From: Vicugna vicugna
Lineage: Eukaryota
Direction: 5' to 3'
DNA length: 64,000 nucleotides
Assembly (NCBI GenBank): GCA_013265495.1
Contig: MU058844.1
Coordinates: 7,997,260-8,061,259, forward strand
Shown: piece after piece, positions 12,373-25,297 of the stretch
Layout of the letters: the number at the start of each line of letters is the position of its first letter
Position numbering within the stretch: position 1 is the stretch's first letter
Notes under the pieces: generated by a model
The model's database searches: none
The model's input: the letters and a program-made list of their open reading frames with translations, nothing else
What the model was told of the DNA's origin: nothing
Position numbers and translations under genes: made by a program

Positions 12373-13178
12373 AATGAAGTAAAGATAAGCTTTATGAAGT
12401 AGGTCCACACTCATGCACCCACCCATCCACCCATTCCTCAGCATGTATTTAGGGAGTGTCTATCATATGCCTCACATGATGTCTGACACTGGACAGGTGA
12501 AGATAAAATGAGATGACTCCCACCTTTATAGACTGAATAGCATCATGGTGACTCTGAAAGTAGGCCCTTTCCAATTGCAAGATCATACTTAAATGAGCAC
12601 TTGTTAGACATGTGCATAGGACATAAGGTGAAAACAGAGACCAAGGCATCTCTTCTGCCTGAGTCAGTCAGTGGAGGTCTCTGAAAAGGAGGCGGCATGC
12701 TTCAGCTGGCTCACAGATGGAGGAAGAGTTGGCCAAGCATTAAGACAACTAACTGTAAGGCTCTGTCCAAGTGCTTGGTGGCTCAAAAGTTCTCTTTACA
12801 AGATCCACGTTAAGAAAATTATTTAGAAATTCAGCTGAATGGAGAAAATTTTCCTTATTTTAGCACCATGAAAAGGACCAGTGGCTTACCAAGGTTAACT
12901 TGGACCCACCAACTCAAAACACATCTATTTAAGAAAATGAGTTTTTTGAACAACTGAAGTTACCAAATTTCTACTTTCTGTCCGGCTAACAATTCTTGAA
13001 CCACTTTTGGGGAACAATAATTTTCTGTGACTTACAAAGAAAGAAAGATCTTTTGAAAATGGCATTGTTTAGTAAGCAACATACACTTTAATTTCTAGAG
13101 TGTGAAGTGAGTGTGAAGTGACCAGAGGTAGTATACAGAAGATTACAGGAACCTTTAATCTAGGCAAAAATGGGGAAG

Positions 13179-13179
<1 letters not shown>

Positions 13180-13227
<48 letters not shown>
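13180..13227. repeat. (CA)n microsatellite
   Basis: About 24 CA units with one interruption near the start. Confidence 0.95.
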
Positions 13228-13231
<4 letters not shown>

Positions 13232-13392
13232 AAATGGTCAGAGGCTGGCGCGTTACCAGCAGAACAGGTCTGTATGTATAAATTCGTATGACAAGCATAT
13301 CGTGGAATTGGATCCTTCCCGAGTCCTAGAGGTACAGTGCACTAGGAGAAGTACACACACATGAGCTTTGGCATTATTACAGAATAAGATTC

Positions 13393-13416
13393 TTTCTCTC
13401 TCTCTCTCTCTCTCTC
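13393..13416. repeat. (TC)n microsatellite
   Basis: tttctctctctctctctctctctc. Confidence 0.9.
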
Positions 13417-14074
13417 ACAGTAAGAGAAAATGTACAGTATCACAAAAAAATGTGGGTCACTAATAGGAAAAAAATTGAGTACAGAGGTGACATGGAGACG
13501 GAAAATAGGAAGTCTGAGGCAAAGTCTCCTTTGCCTCTAGATAGACAATTTAATAGTAGTGTGGCCGAGGGCTAAATTATCACTGTCAACATCTCAAACC
13601 CTCTTGACCCTGAGAGGAAAAATACACCATGAAGGCTGCATAGGACTCATTAAACACCAGCCTCCCAAACGGTCTTCATCACATTCTGCAGTTTCATTGA
13701 CACCTGCATTGGCACCTACACCTGTGAGATCAAGAGGGGCTGAGCTGACACTCCCAATCACAAGCGCATTTTTACCGAGGCCACGTAGAGGTATATAGGA
13801 GGGTGGTATAATCAACTTGACATCACTTCTTGCAAGACTGTGATAAATACAGAAGGGACTTCGGAAGAAACATAAGGACCTACTCAACATCTCCAAATGG
13901 AATCCATGTGCCCATTGGGGGATATGGTGTCATGCCATGAAAAACAAAAACATAGCTCTTTGAAGACATGGGGGGAAAGAGAAGCTATTAAATTACTAAG
14001 TCATTTAAAGCAATTTTAATTTTAAAATAAGCATAGATATGTTATAAAAAGAGAAGCAATGGCAAAGAGGAAAG

Positions 14075-14290
14075 AATTCAGGCTTGGGGATCAGATAGAT
14101 GTGAGTTTCCTCACCTCCTCAAGAACAGTCCCTAAAGAGTTGGGCCACTTGGGCAAGCTGTTTAACGTCTTCAGAAATTCAGCACTTTACAGGGATAAGA
14201 TGATGCCTCCTGATTAAGTTTGTAACTGAGATAGCACATGTAAAGCTCTCACATGCCTGCACGGTAATACAACAAGTGCTGAACAGTCAT
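14075..14290 (+). mobile_element. MIR SINE
   Basis: ggcttggggatcagatagatgtgagtt...tttgggcaagctgtttaac...tgagatagcacatgtaaagc. Confidence 0.65.
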
Positions 14291-14297
14291 TCAGTTG

Positions 14298-14440
14298 TTT
14301 TTTTTTTTTTTTTTTTTTGTATTTTTTTGGGGAGGAGGTAATTAGGTGTATTTATTTATTTTTTAATGGAGGTACTAGGGATTGAACCCAGGACCTCATG
14401 CATGCTAGGCACACACGCTACCACTGAGCTACACCCTCCC
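14298..14440 (-). mobile_element. tRNA-derived camelid-type SINE, long form with long poly(A)
   Basis: Reverse strand reads gggagggtgtagctcagtggtagcgtgtgtgcctagcatgcatgaggtcctgggttcaatccctagtacctccattaaaaaataaataaatacacctaattacctcctccccaaaa followed by an A-tract of about 21 nt. Confidence 0.9.
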
Positions 14441-15239
14441 TTACCAGGTGCTCAATGAACGTTAGCTGCTAAGATGTTTGTGTCTCATAGGAACAGCAGT
14501 TGCTACTGTGCAATATCTTAAAAGGACTAAGTAAAATATATTTTAAAAAGCATACCACAGCAATATGTTGTGAGCAAAGAAAAAGTGAGTTCTATTCCTA
14601 ACTAGATCTTTTATATTTAAATCCATTTACCAAAGGTAGGTCATGGGTATGCTCTTTACCACTCAGCTATACCCTACCCCCATTCATGTATTTTAAATAC
14701 CATTGCTGTAACACACCCACATGAAGAACTTTCTGCTCCAAAATATTCAGCCATCAACCAAGCTGTCTCTTGTTCCAGAATGTCTTAGAATATCATGGAC
14801 AAAATATACCTTTGAGTTTAGAAGATGTGAAGAAAAGAGAAAACAAGAATACCAAAGCTCGAAACTGAAGTTACAGTAAAAAGTACTCATGAGCACTTTT
14901 GATCAAACTGGAAAACCCATATAAATACCAGTGACAGTTTGGAAGAATGTATTTCCCCTTATTCAGACATATGTATTTTCCAAAAGGTCCATTTTCGCTT
15001 CAAAATCCTGACGTGATTTGGCAAGCTCAGCCGAAGTAGTTAACAGAGATCAATCTGTGACCAATCTTAGAATAAGAAGAAAGTAGAAAACTTAGAACTG
15101 ACTCCCATTATTGCAATACACTGATACCGGGTATTTCGTGGAAGCAAAACTTTGGTTAATCAAAATACAATTTGATTCAAATCTGCCATACTTCCCACTT
15201 CTTTTTCAAAGTAAATGACTATATAGATGACCATATTAA

Positions 15240-15330
15240 GGGAGGAAGGAAATAGCTCAGTGGTAGAACACATGATTAGCATGCATGAGGTCCTGGGTTC
15301 GATCCCCAGTACCACCCCCATTAAAAAAAA
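15240..15330 (+). mobile_element. tRNA-derived camelid-type SINE, short form
   Basis: gggaggaaggaaatagctcagtggtagaacacatgattagcatgcatgaggtcctgggttcgatccccagtacc...attaaaaaaaaa with A and B boxes. catattaa occurs on both flanks. Confidence 0.88.
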
Positions 15331-17449
15331 AGGTTATCATATTAATATTTTATTTTGTTTTTAAAAACATAATAATGAAATAAGGCAATGGAGGGACAAT
15401 AAAAGGAAGTACAGAAAATGCTGAGAGAGGACATTATTTTTGGCAGATGACTTTTGTACTGAAGGATAAACAAGAAACAGTAGAAAAGACATTTTGAGGA
15501 TTGCGAGGCTTACTAGATTAATGATCCAATGAAGTTAGGAAAGCATGAGGAGACAGAGCTAAGTGCCTAAACAAGGGCCATTTAAAATAAATAGTATTAT
15601 CTTTTAGAAAGATTTTATACAGAAGAACATATTCATTCTTTCCGGGATAGTGACTATTTTAGCTGTGGGCGGCTTACAAGAATATGACCAATCCACCCAT
15701 TTCACAAATATTTGGATATCTGCAATGTCATTACGAAAAAAGAAAAGTTCCTCAGAGTTCCAAATAAAGATTTCTTAAATGTACAGTACTTATTTTAATA
15801 TTTGTTTCAAATTGAGTAACATCGTATTAATTCAAAGTTAATACTTTTTAACATCACAAATGAAGTTCAGCAAAACTAGAGCAAAAACCCTGAAAAGAAA
15901 AGCGTGTTCTTCTGTAACCATCTTCAGTGTAAATTCCACCTAATCACTTCCAACAGAAAATATTTCATATTGCTCTCTAGCTCATCAAATTTATACATCA
16001 AGCTGACTCTTCAAGCAAAATGTATAGATATTATGATAGTCTCTATAAAAGATATTATTCCTGCTTGCCGTACATCATACTTAATAATAAAAAAAGAATG
16101 AAGGATTATCTGTATTCCATTATACATGTCAGAAACACAAATTCATTATCATCACTACCACTGTTCATGAATTTCTACAAATTCCCTCTGAAATGAATGA
16201 TTTATATTACGCACTCTACTGAGAGTACATTCCAAGGCTATCAGAGAAAAACAGATAGTCAAAAGATCATATTCCATTATGTTACCAAACAGAAAAACAT
16301 TCCATTTTGTGTTTTTTCATTTCTACCTTTCAATAACAATCAGGATTTCTATCTTTGTAGGATTACCATAACATTTTTACTGAGACAGAAAGGAGAGAGA
16401 AATTTTCCCAAAATGCTGTTATCCAACTATGTGACCCTTTAAATTCACTCATCAATCCTTTTTTAATGCTAAGGACTTGACATTTTTAACCAACAGAATA
16501 AAACAAAAAACTATGTTCTCACTTTTTTTACTCGCTTGAACCTACTGTAAACATCAACTATTATCCTTTCTCGTTACTTGTATACTATACTTCCTCTTTG
16601 CCATGTATTCTTTCAAATTTTTATTGTTCTTTTCTCTCACCATCTCCTTTCACCATGCAACACTAAAATAATTTGCCTGTTCAACAAATAGTTACTGCTG
16701 TACAAGACACTCCCTTGGCATCTAAAAAATGATTAAGACCAAGCTGATTATCTAGATTAGCTCCCAGGTTAGTGCAGAAGACAAGACATGAAAATAACTA
16801 ACAATAATAGAAACTGATGGAGTCACGTTCATGGGAAAACAGGTAACAGAAGAGTTAAGTCGGGGGGGAGGGTAGGGATATGTCAGTGCTATATCCCAAC
16901 AGAAGAACTTCACTGTGAACGGGCCGATCTCTGATTCAAAGCCATTTCATTTATACATATTCAATTAATATTTATTGAATAAATATGTGCTAAGCACCAA
17001 GCTAGTAAAAGCAATGAAGAGACAGGGTCTCTACTCTCACTGCCTAAAAAGACAAATGACAGTAATACATTAGTATGCAGCTATTTTAGATATTCACATG
17101 CAAACTCTAAAAGAAAGCACTAAGGCTGCATGGAAGAATCAGTCACTATTTTATGAACCAGAGTATTAAAGATGAGACTGGATAGGTGGGTGGCACTCTG
17201 CTAAGTGGAGAGACATAGGCAAAAGACATTCTAGGCCAAGGCAGCAGTATACTTGGAAAAGACAAAGAATGAACAGATTCTGTCTTAACACACTTGAAGA
17301 GCCATCAGAAGATCAATACTGTGAGGGTCAATGGCTGATGAAGTTTAACAAGAAAGGCTGTGACCAAATAATAAACAATGTTCCATGTCACATAAAGACC
17401 TAAAGATCTTACTGAATGAGAATCTTAATATTGTTCTTACTGCTAGTGG

Positions 17450-17670
17450 TTAACAATTCCTCAGTCCTTACAACATCCATATGAGACAGTGTTCTAGATG
17501 CTTTTACACTGAGACTCACTTAACTTCTGGACCCTCTCAAGAGGGAAGTATGTTTGCCCTCATTATAAACACAAGTAGAATGAGACAGAGAGAAGTTAAA
17601 TAATGTGACCAAGACCATTGAGCCAGTAAGTGGTAGAATAAGCCAGGCAATCCAGAGCCAGTGTTCACAT
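17450..17670 (-). mobile_element. MIR SINE
   Basis: tgagacagagagaagttaaataatgtgaccaagacc...gagccagtaagtggtaga...tccagagcc. Confidence 0.7.
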
Positions 17671-17879
17671 TGATGATCCCCTCCAAGATGAAAGAGGGCT
17701 AATGGAGAAGGGAGGCAAGTTATGTCATCAAATATATTTTTCTAAATATCTGTTTCTGTACCTTTGAATTACTAAGAAAATAACTACTGAGCACTTACTG
17801 CTTACAATACATTATGCTTTAAGCCATGGGAAACTAAAATATATACTGCATCCCATCAATACCTGAAATTCCCAATATA

Positions 17880-19570
17880 TTCAGACACAGATTGAGATAA
17901 ACAGAGATAGACAAGAGCGGGTCACAGCCAAGATCTGCTTATCTGATGTAGAAGACAATGGAGCCATAAACTGGTAGGCCCAGTGGACTTTTGATGACTT
18001 GCTAGAGACTGAGTGTGGACTAGCTTGACACTGAAAATCTCCCGAAGGCCAGTCTTTGGGGGGCTCCCACTCTTTCATAGTCTTTACTTCCAGGAACTGG
18101 ACCAAGTTCTCATAGTGAAGAACCAAAAAATAAAAAAGATCCCCTCCTGGTGAGGGCAGGGAAGAGTAATCCTTGTAAAATACACACAGAGACATCTCCA
18201 TGACAAAGACCTTACTGTCCCAGGTGAAAGACGTTACTAGAGCCTTTTCCCAGGGCTATGGCCAAAAGGAACTGTCTGACTTCACCCTCCTCTAGCCTTT
18301 CTGTCTCACCTCAGGTGGTGAAAGGGGAGCAGCGATACAAGCAGAAAAACTCGTGAAGGTCATGGGACAGATACACAGGCTGAATCAAAGACTGAGATTT
18401 AACTGAACCATTACAGAACATTCCCCCCCCACCACAACTCAACACCACTACAACAGGGCTCCGGTATGATAATACCAAAGTACACATAAAACAGCTTCAA
18501 GACATAGAGTCTCACTGAGAAAGAGTATTAAGAAAAGCCTAACATCAATAGAGGAGATAAAAACAATGACACTATAGAAATTTGAAGCCTTTAGCACCAA
18601 CAGCTACAATAAACACTAAACAATGCTGGACTCCCATCCAGATTAACATAAATCCTCTTATTAGAGGCTTTTTCACTTGAATTCCTATTATGAATTCAAT
18701 ATGTCCAACATTCAACAAAAAATTACAAGGTATGACAAAAGGAAAGAAAAATATAGTCCAAAAAGACAACGCTAGCATCATAATCAGACTGAGACACTGG
18801 GATAGGAAACAGATGTTGGAACTGTCAGAAAAGGAACTTAAAACAACCATGATTAATATGTTAAGGATTCTAGGGAAAAAGTAGATGACAGGCAAGAACA
18901 GATGTGTAATGTAAGCAAAGAGAAATTCTAAGAAAGAATTAAAAGGAAATGCTAGATATCATAACAGAAATGAATGCATTTGATGGGATTATCAGAAGAC
19001 TCAGCATGATCAAGGAAAGAATCAATGAGCTTGAAAATTGGTCAATATAAACTTCCCAAACTGAAATGAGAAAAATGAACGAAAGTACAGAACATCTAAG
19101 AACTGTGAGAAATGTTCCAAATATGTAACACATGAGTAACTGGACTATCAGAAAGGGAAGAAAGACAAAAAGGCAGAAGAAATAATTAAAGTAATAATGA
19201 TGGAGAACTTTCCAAAATTAACAACAGACAACAAATCATATATTCAGAAAACTCAGAGAACACTAAGCCAGATAAATTCCCCAAATAATAAGCCTAGGCA
19301 CAGTATATCCAAACTGTAGAAAACCCAAAGCAAAGAGAGAATCTTGAAGTTAGAGGGGGGGAAAACTTACCCGTGGAGGAAAAAGGTTAAGAATTATATT
19401 GGACTTTTCATCAGAAACCATCAAGCAAGAAGACAGCAGAGTAAAACATTCAAAATATTGAGAGTATAAAGAACCTGCAAAACTTGAATTTTATATCCAG
19501 CAAAATTATCCTTAGAAAATGAAACAGAAACAAAAACTTTCTGGACAAATAAAAACTGAGGAAATTCACA
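17880..19570 (+). mobile_element. Old L1 (L1MC/L1MD-like) 5' UTR and decayed ORF1
   Basis: ORF 18690..18884 (QMLELSEKELKTTMINMLR) and downstream motifs (gaaagaatcaatgagcttgaa, ggagaactttccaaaatta, gacttttcatcagaaacc, ttatatccagcaaaattatcc) are typical of L1 ORF1. Confidence 0.8.
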
Positions 19571-21962
19571 TGTTCATCTCAACTAACACAGAAAAAAAAT
19601 GACAAAATTCAATATCCTTTCAAGATAAAAGCACTCAAAAACTAGCAATAGAAGGAAATTATGTCAACAATAATAGAGGTTAGGTATGAAAAGCCTATAG
19701 TTAACATCACATTCAACAGTGAAAAACTGAAAGCTTTGGCCCTAAAATCAGGAACAAGACAAGGATGCCCACTCTCACCACTTTTAGTCAACATAGTACT
19801 AGAAGTTCTTGCCAGAGCAATTAGGCAAAAACAATATGTAAAAGGCATCCAACAGAAAGGGAAAAAAAAAAGTAAGATTATCTCTGTTCTGAGATGACAT
19901 GATCTTATATGTAGAAAATCCAAAGACTCTAACAAAAAAAACTGTGAGAACAAATTAATTCAACTAAACTGTAAGACACAAAGTCAACACACAATAATCA
20001 GATATTTTTCTATATACTAACACTACATAATCTGAAAATGAAATAAAAATAAATCCCAATTATAATGGCATCAAAAATACTTAGAATAAGTTTAATCTAG
20101 GAGGAGAAGGCCTTGGACGTTGAAAACTAAAAAAAAAAATTGCTGAAAGAAACTGAAGAAGACAAATGAAAAGACATTCTATGTTCATGGATGGGAAGGC
20201 TTAATACTGTTAAAATGTCCATACTACCCTATGCAATCTACAGATTCAATGCAAAATCCAACTGGCATTTTTTTTTTGCAAAAATAATTTTAAAAACTTC
20301 CTAAAATGCATATGAAATCTGAAAGAATCTCAAATAATTGAAAACATTTTGTGGGGAAGAAAAAAAAAAGCTAGAGTCCTCACAGTTCCTGTTTTAAAAC
20401 ATCTTAAAAAGCTATAATAATCAAAAGAGTGTGGTAGTGGCATAAAAAACAGACCTATAGACCAGTGGAACAAACTTGAGAGCTCAGAAATAAACCCTTA
20501 TGTGTACTGCTCAGGCTATGCAGTGGGGAAAGGATGGCCTCTTCAACAAATGATGCAGGGAAAATGGAATACCCATGTAAAAACCAATAAAGTTGGACCT
20601 TTACACCGTATACGAAAATTAACTCAAAATGGATTAAAGACCTAACATACGACCTGAAATGATAAAGTTCCTAGAACAAAACAAAAGGGAAGAGCTTCAT
20701 GACAGTAGATTCCACAGTAATTTCTTGGATATGACACCAAAAGAACAAAAGTAAAAGGAGACAAATAGGACTACATCAAACTTAAAAACTCTGTACAACA
20801 AAAGAAAGAACTAACCAAGTGAAAAGGCAATCTATGAGATGAGAGAAAATACTGCTGACCCTTGAACAACTTAGGGGTTAACTGACCAATAATTTATAGT
20901 CTGTCCTCTGTAGCCAAGGTTACTCTGAAGCCACAGATTCAACCAACTATGAACCATGTAATGCTGCAGTACATATTACTGAAAAATACCCATAAATAAG
21001 AGGACCTGCACAGTTCAAACCCAAATTGTTCAAGGGTCAAATGTAACTGCAAACCATATTTCACAGGGGTTGGTATCAAGAATATATAAAGAACTGTAAG
21101 TCATTAACAAAAAATAAATAATCAGATTTTTAAAATAAGCAAATAACTTGAATAGAGATTTCTCCAAAGAGGATGCACAAACATGAAAAGGTGCTAAACA
21201 TCACTAACAATTACAGAAATGCAAGTCTATCACCTCACAATTACCTCACATCGGTTAGGGATGACCACTGTCAAGAAAACAAACAAACAAACACCCCCCG
21301 GAGAATAACAAGTGTTGGTGAGGATATGGAAAAACTGGAACCCTTGTACACTGCAGGTACAAATGTAAAATGGTATAGCTGTGATGGAAAACAGTATGGA
21401 AGTTCCTCAAAAAATTGAACATAGAATGACCACATGATCCAGCCATCTCACTTCTGCGTATACATCCAAAAGAACTGAAAACATGATCTTGAAGTGCTAT
21501 TTGTGCACCTGCATTCACTGCAGTATTATTCACAATAGCTATGAGGTAGAACTTAAATGCTCATTCATGGATGAACAAATAAGGAAAGTATGGTAAATAC
21601 ATATGATGGAATACTACTCACCTTTGAAGAAGAAGCAAATTCTATTATATGCTACAATATAGATGAATCCTGGGGACATTATACTAAATGAAACAAATCA
21701 GTCACAAAAGACAAATGCTGTGCGTTTCTGTCGATAAATAGTCAAACTCTTAGAAACAGAAGGCAGAACAGTGGTTGCCAGGGACTGCAGGGAGGATAGG
21801 GGAGCTATAGCTCACCAGGTATAGTTTCAGTTTTGCAAGATAAAAAAATCCTGGAGATCCGTTGCACAATGTGCCTATAGTTAACACTATTGTGCTGTAT
21901 ATTTAGAAGTGGCTATCATGGTAAATTTTATGCTTTTTTTTTTTTAGTACAATAAAAAAATA
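19571..21962 (+). mobile_element. 5'-truncated L1 (L1MB-like) ORF2 RT/C-terminal region and 3' UTR, nested in the older L1
   Basis: ORF 19661..19897 ([48 protein letters not shown]) is the L1 RT motif. There are many stops and frameshifts. It ends with an L1MB-type 3' UTR and A-rich tail near 21960. Confidence 0.9.
20852..21043. mobile_element. Tigger2-family non-autonomous DNA transposon (TcMar) inserted in L1
   Basis: TIRs ctgctgacccttgaacaa / ttgttcaagggtcaaatg with TA on both sides (20850-51 and 21044-45). Removing it restores L1 gagagaaaata-actgcaaaccata. Confidence 0.88.
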
Positions 21963-23830
21963 AGGTGGAAATGTTAAAAAGAGAAGAAAGAAGCCTCTGG
22001 CAACAAATAGAAATCAGTTATAAACTTGGCTGACATTTACTCAAATACATCAAATAATCACTCTAAATGTAAATCGTCTAAAGGTACCAATTAAAAGAGA
22101 TTGTCAGAGTGAATAATAATAATAAACATTCAAGTATATGTTGTCTACAAGAAAGCCACTTTAAATATAAAGACTGACGGTAAAGCAAAGAGGTAAATAA
22201 AGATAAACCATTCTAACACTAATTCAAAGAAAGCGATAATATTAATTTCAGACAAAGAAGACTTGGGAGCAAGGAGAATTATTATAAATAAAGAGGGGCA
22301 TTTAGGAGGTCAGGAGATACCAAAATTAAAGATGGAATGTGACAAAAATTATCATAATATAATACAAATATATAAAACAAGCTCACTGAATGGGGTAAGG
22401 GAATGAGGTGCTTATCTGCCTAAGTCTGGAAATAAGTGGAGTCGTAAAACAGAAGGCAAAAGAAATTAGATATGAGAACAGCCCTCTAGTTGATAAAATT
22501 TCTTTCCATGGGGGCACAGGTTAACAATTCTAAAACTATACATGAATACTGGAATTTGAAAACCTAAGAAAATGTGTGGTAGATGGTGGAAGCCAGGTTT
22601 CTCTTTGTTGGAATGGAATAAACAAGGAGAGGAGGCTAGAAAGATCCATACGGTAATGGATTAAAGTTGAAGATATCACTATGAGCCGATGTTTAGTGAA
22701 ATATATAGACAGTTACATACAGAATATATATTTTAGATGTGTATATATACATTGGTTAGTACACAGACACATGTCTCCCTGTTCTGTTATCTGGGAGATC
22801 CTAGAAGCAACAGCACCCAAGTAGCAATCAGCACACACAGGTCTCAGTTTCAAACCATTCTTCAGCAAACAGAGCCTTGGAAAATGTCTACATCTTGGGC
22901 AGGAGATACACAGGATAAGCCTGGAATACGTTATAGTGACAATGAGGGAGGGATGTCAAACAGACTTAGAAGCTTATGAAAGAACTCCTGGGCAACAGAA
23001 CCAATTTAAACAATGAAATAAAACAGTATTGTGTTTTAACCTAATGTATAAATGAAATGTCCCTGAGTCCACACTAATATACATATAATTTTGAATAAAT
23101 AACTCAGGAGAAGAGACAAATCCCCCATAAATTCCAAATTTATGTAGATAATCTGTCCTCAAGGAGAGAGAACATAACTTCCCATCCTTAAGTGTGGATT
23201 ACATCTACTGACTTCCTTCCAAAGACTACAATAGGGAAAGCGAGGGAAAAAAGGTTTTACAAAGCAGAAATTTTACAAAAACAAACTCAAGCCGGATTAT
23301 CAAAGTTAACCAGTGATATGTCATAATGATAGCATGTAACTTTGATGTGATGGAATAAGGACATTTTAGCTCTGTGGTCCTCCTCCCCAGAACACATAAC
23401 CCTAGTCTAATCATGACAAAGGACTGCCAAATGCCAACTGAGGAATATTCTATAATATACATGACCAGTACTCCTCAAAACTCTCAAGGTCATCAGAAAC
23501 AAGGCCGACCTGAGAAATTGTCGAAACCCAGAGGACCCTAAGAAGAAAACGCAACTCAAAGAAACGTGATGTCTTAGGTGGGATCTGGAAACCACAGAAG
23601 GACAACAGAAAAAACTGAAGAAACCCGAATAAAATATGGACTTTACTTAATGATAATAGGTCAATATTGGCTCACTCATCGTGACAAACGTACCATACTA
23701 ATGTATAATGTGAATAATAGAGGAAACTGGGGGTAGGGCATACTGGAACTCTCTCTACTAACTTTGCAATAATTCTGTATCTAAAACTGTTTCAAAAGAA
23801 AAGAGTTTATTAACAAATTAATTTCTTAAA
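21963..23830 (+). mobile_element. Continuation of old L1: start of ORF2 endonuclease joined to L1MC/MD 3' UTR
   Basis: ataatcactctaaatgtaaatcgtctaaa...ccaattaaaaga (ITLNVN..L...IKR) and tgtctacaagaaagccactttaaatataaaga. From about 22300 it is an L1MC/MD-like 3' UTR ending gtaccatactaatgtataatg...ggaactctctctactaactttgcaa. Confidence 0.8.
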
Positions 23831-25158
23831 AATCTAATTAAATGCCACAAAATTTTAGCCTTTGTTTTATTTGAGTTTAAATACATGAATATCTGTCACA
23901 CTATTGTCTCTTTCTCTATATGTTTGAAATAGTTTCTGACAACAACAAATTCGTAAGATAATTTTTTTTTTTAAAAAAACCTTTTGTGACTCAAGCTGCT
24001 CAAAGGGAGAGTGAGAGCATTCTAGGCAAAGGGAAAACCTCAAACAACATCATCACTACTTCCTCTGATGGACTGATCACTCATCGGAGGACCGAAGTAG
24101 CAGCTTTTACCACATGTAAGTCTGGAAAAGATGTTAAATATTACAATGATCAAATGCTATTTCTCTTTCAGGAATTAAAAGCAATTAAAAGATAATTTGC
24201 ATCTGATCACAAATTAATAAAGTGAAATTCCTCTTTCAAAATTATGGCTGAAATTTAGTGAGCACGAAAACAAAGTTGTTTTGTTCCACCTGTGTTCCAG
24301 AGACTATAAACACATCCTCATTCCATCATAACATTATCAACTGTACAGCTCACTTTGGTTTGGACCACTTCAAACAAACGGCTATCTTTAGGGTAGCTCT
24401 AGTCTTGAGGTAAATAACAACTTTTTTTTCCTTCCAAAATGTTGACTTTGGTGGTATCTCCGTCCTGAGTTCCTGGAACTTTCCTCCTATCCTGTTCACC
24501 CACAACAGAGGAAAGCAATGAAGTACACTCAGTTTTACCAAATTCTTAGATGTTTAAAACTGAACGATGACTGATGAAAGAAAGAAATTACTAGATTTGC
24601 AATGGCTCAGATGTTCTAGCTCTAACCCATTGGTCTACCAGGTAAAAATCAGTGTCTTCTTCACTCAGGTATATTTCTAGAACGTCTGTGGTGTCCACTG
24701 TTTCTCCCGGCTCAGTTTGGTATATTATAAAGTTCCTCAGAGTTCATTCAGCAGTATGTATGATATGTATGATAAAAATGTATGTATGATAAAAGGTTCA
24801 ACTTGAAAAAAGGGTTCCATGATAAATCTACTAAGTAGGGTTTTAAATACAAAAAGACTTTCAGAGTCTTTAACGGGCAATATGTCTATTAACATATTTA
24901 TTCACATATGCCTATTAGCATATTTCCCTCTCCCACACTATCTGACTACTTAATTGTTTCTAAGGAACATCTAGACATACTAATGTCTGTGGAATACATT
25001 TTGGGAATGTGTTTTGTACCTTTGGGGAACACTGCTTTAATAGAAACTATCGAAGCAATAATGGCAGTGGTAAAATCTTGGCACCCTTAAATGTCACCAT
25101 ATTGAAGTTCCTCATTTTATTATCAAGTAAAAGCAATTGCTGTCATGTAACATTACTA

Positions 25159-25297
25159 CTTTTTCAATTAATTTTTTTTATTTGTTGGGGGGGTAATTAG
25201 GTTTATTTACTAATTTCTTTAATGGAGGTACTAGGCATTGAACCCAGGACCCTGTGCATGCTAAGCACACACTACCACTGAGCTGTTACCCTCCCCA
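25159..25297 (-). mobile_element. tRNA-derived camelid-type SINE, long form
   Basis: Same body as the other copies plus the cctaattacccccc tail. Perfect 12-bp TSD gtaacattacta at 25147-25158 and 25298-25309. Confidence 0.92.

Noticed and set aside
15250..15320. Possible tRNA-Ala gene
   Set aside because: Has the SINE 5' leader, a poly(A) tail and flanking repeats, lacks a proper acceptor stem, and is the same family as five other copies.
19571..21962. Active LINE-1 / intact reverse transcriptase
   Set aside because: 5'-truncated, with many stops and frameshifts, and interrupted by a DNA transposon.
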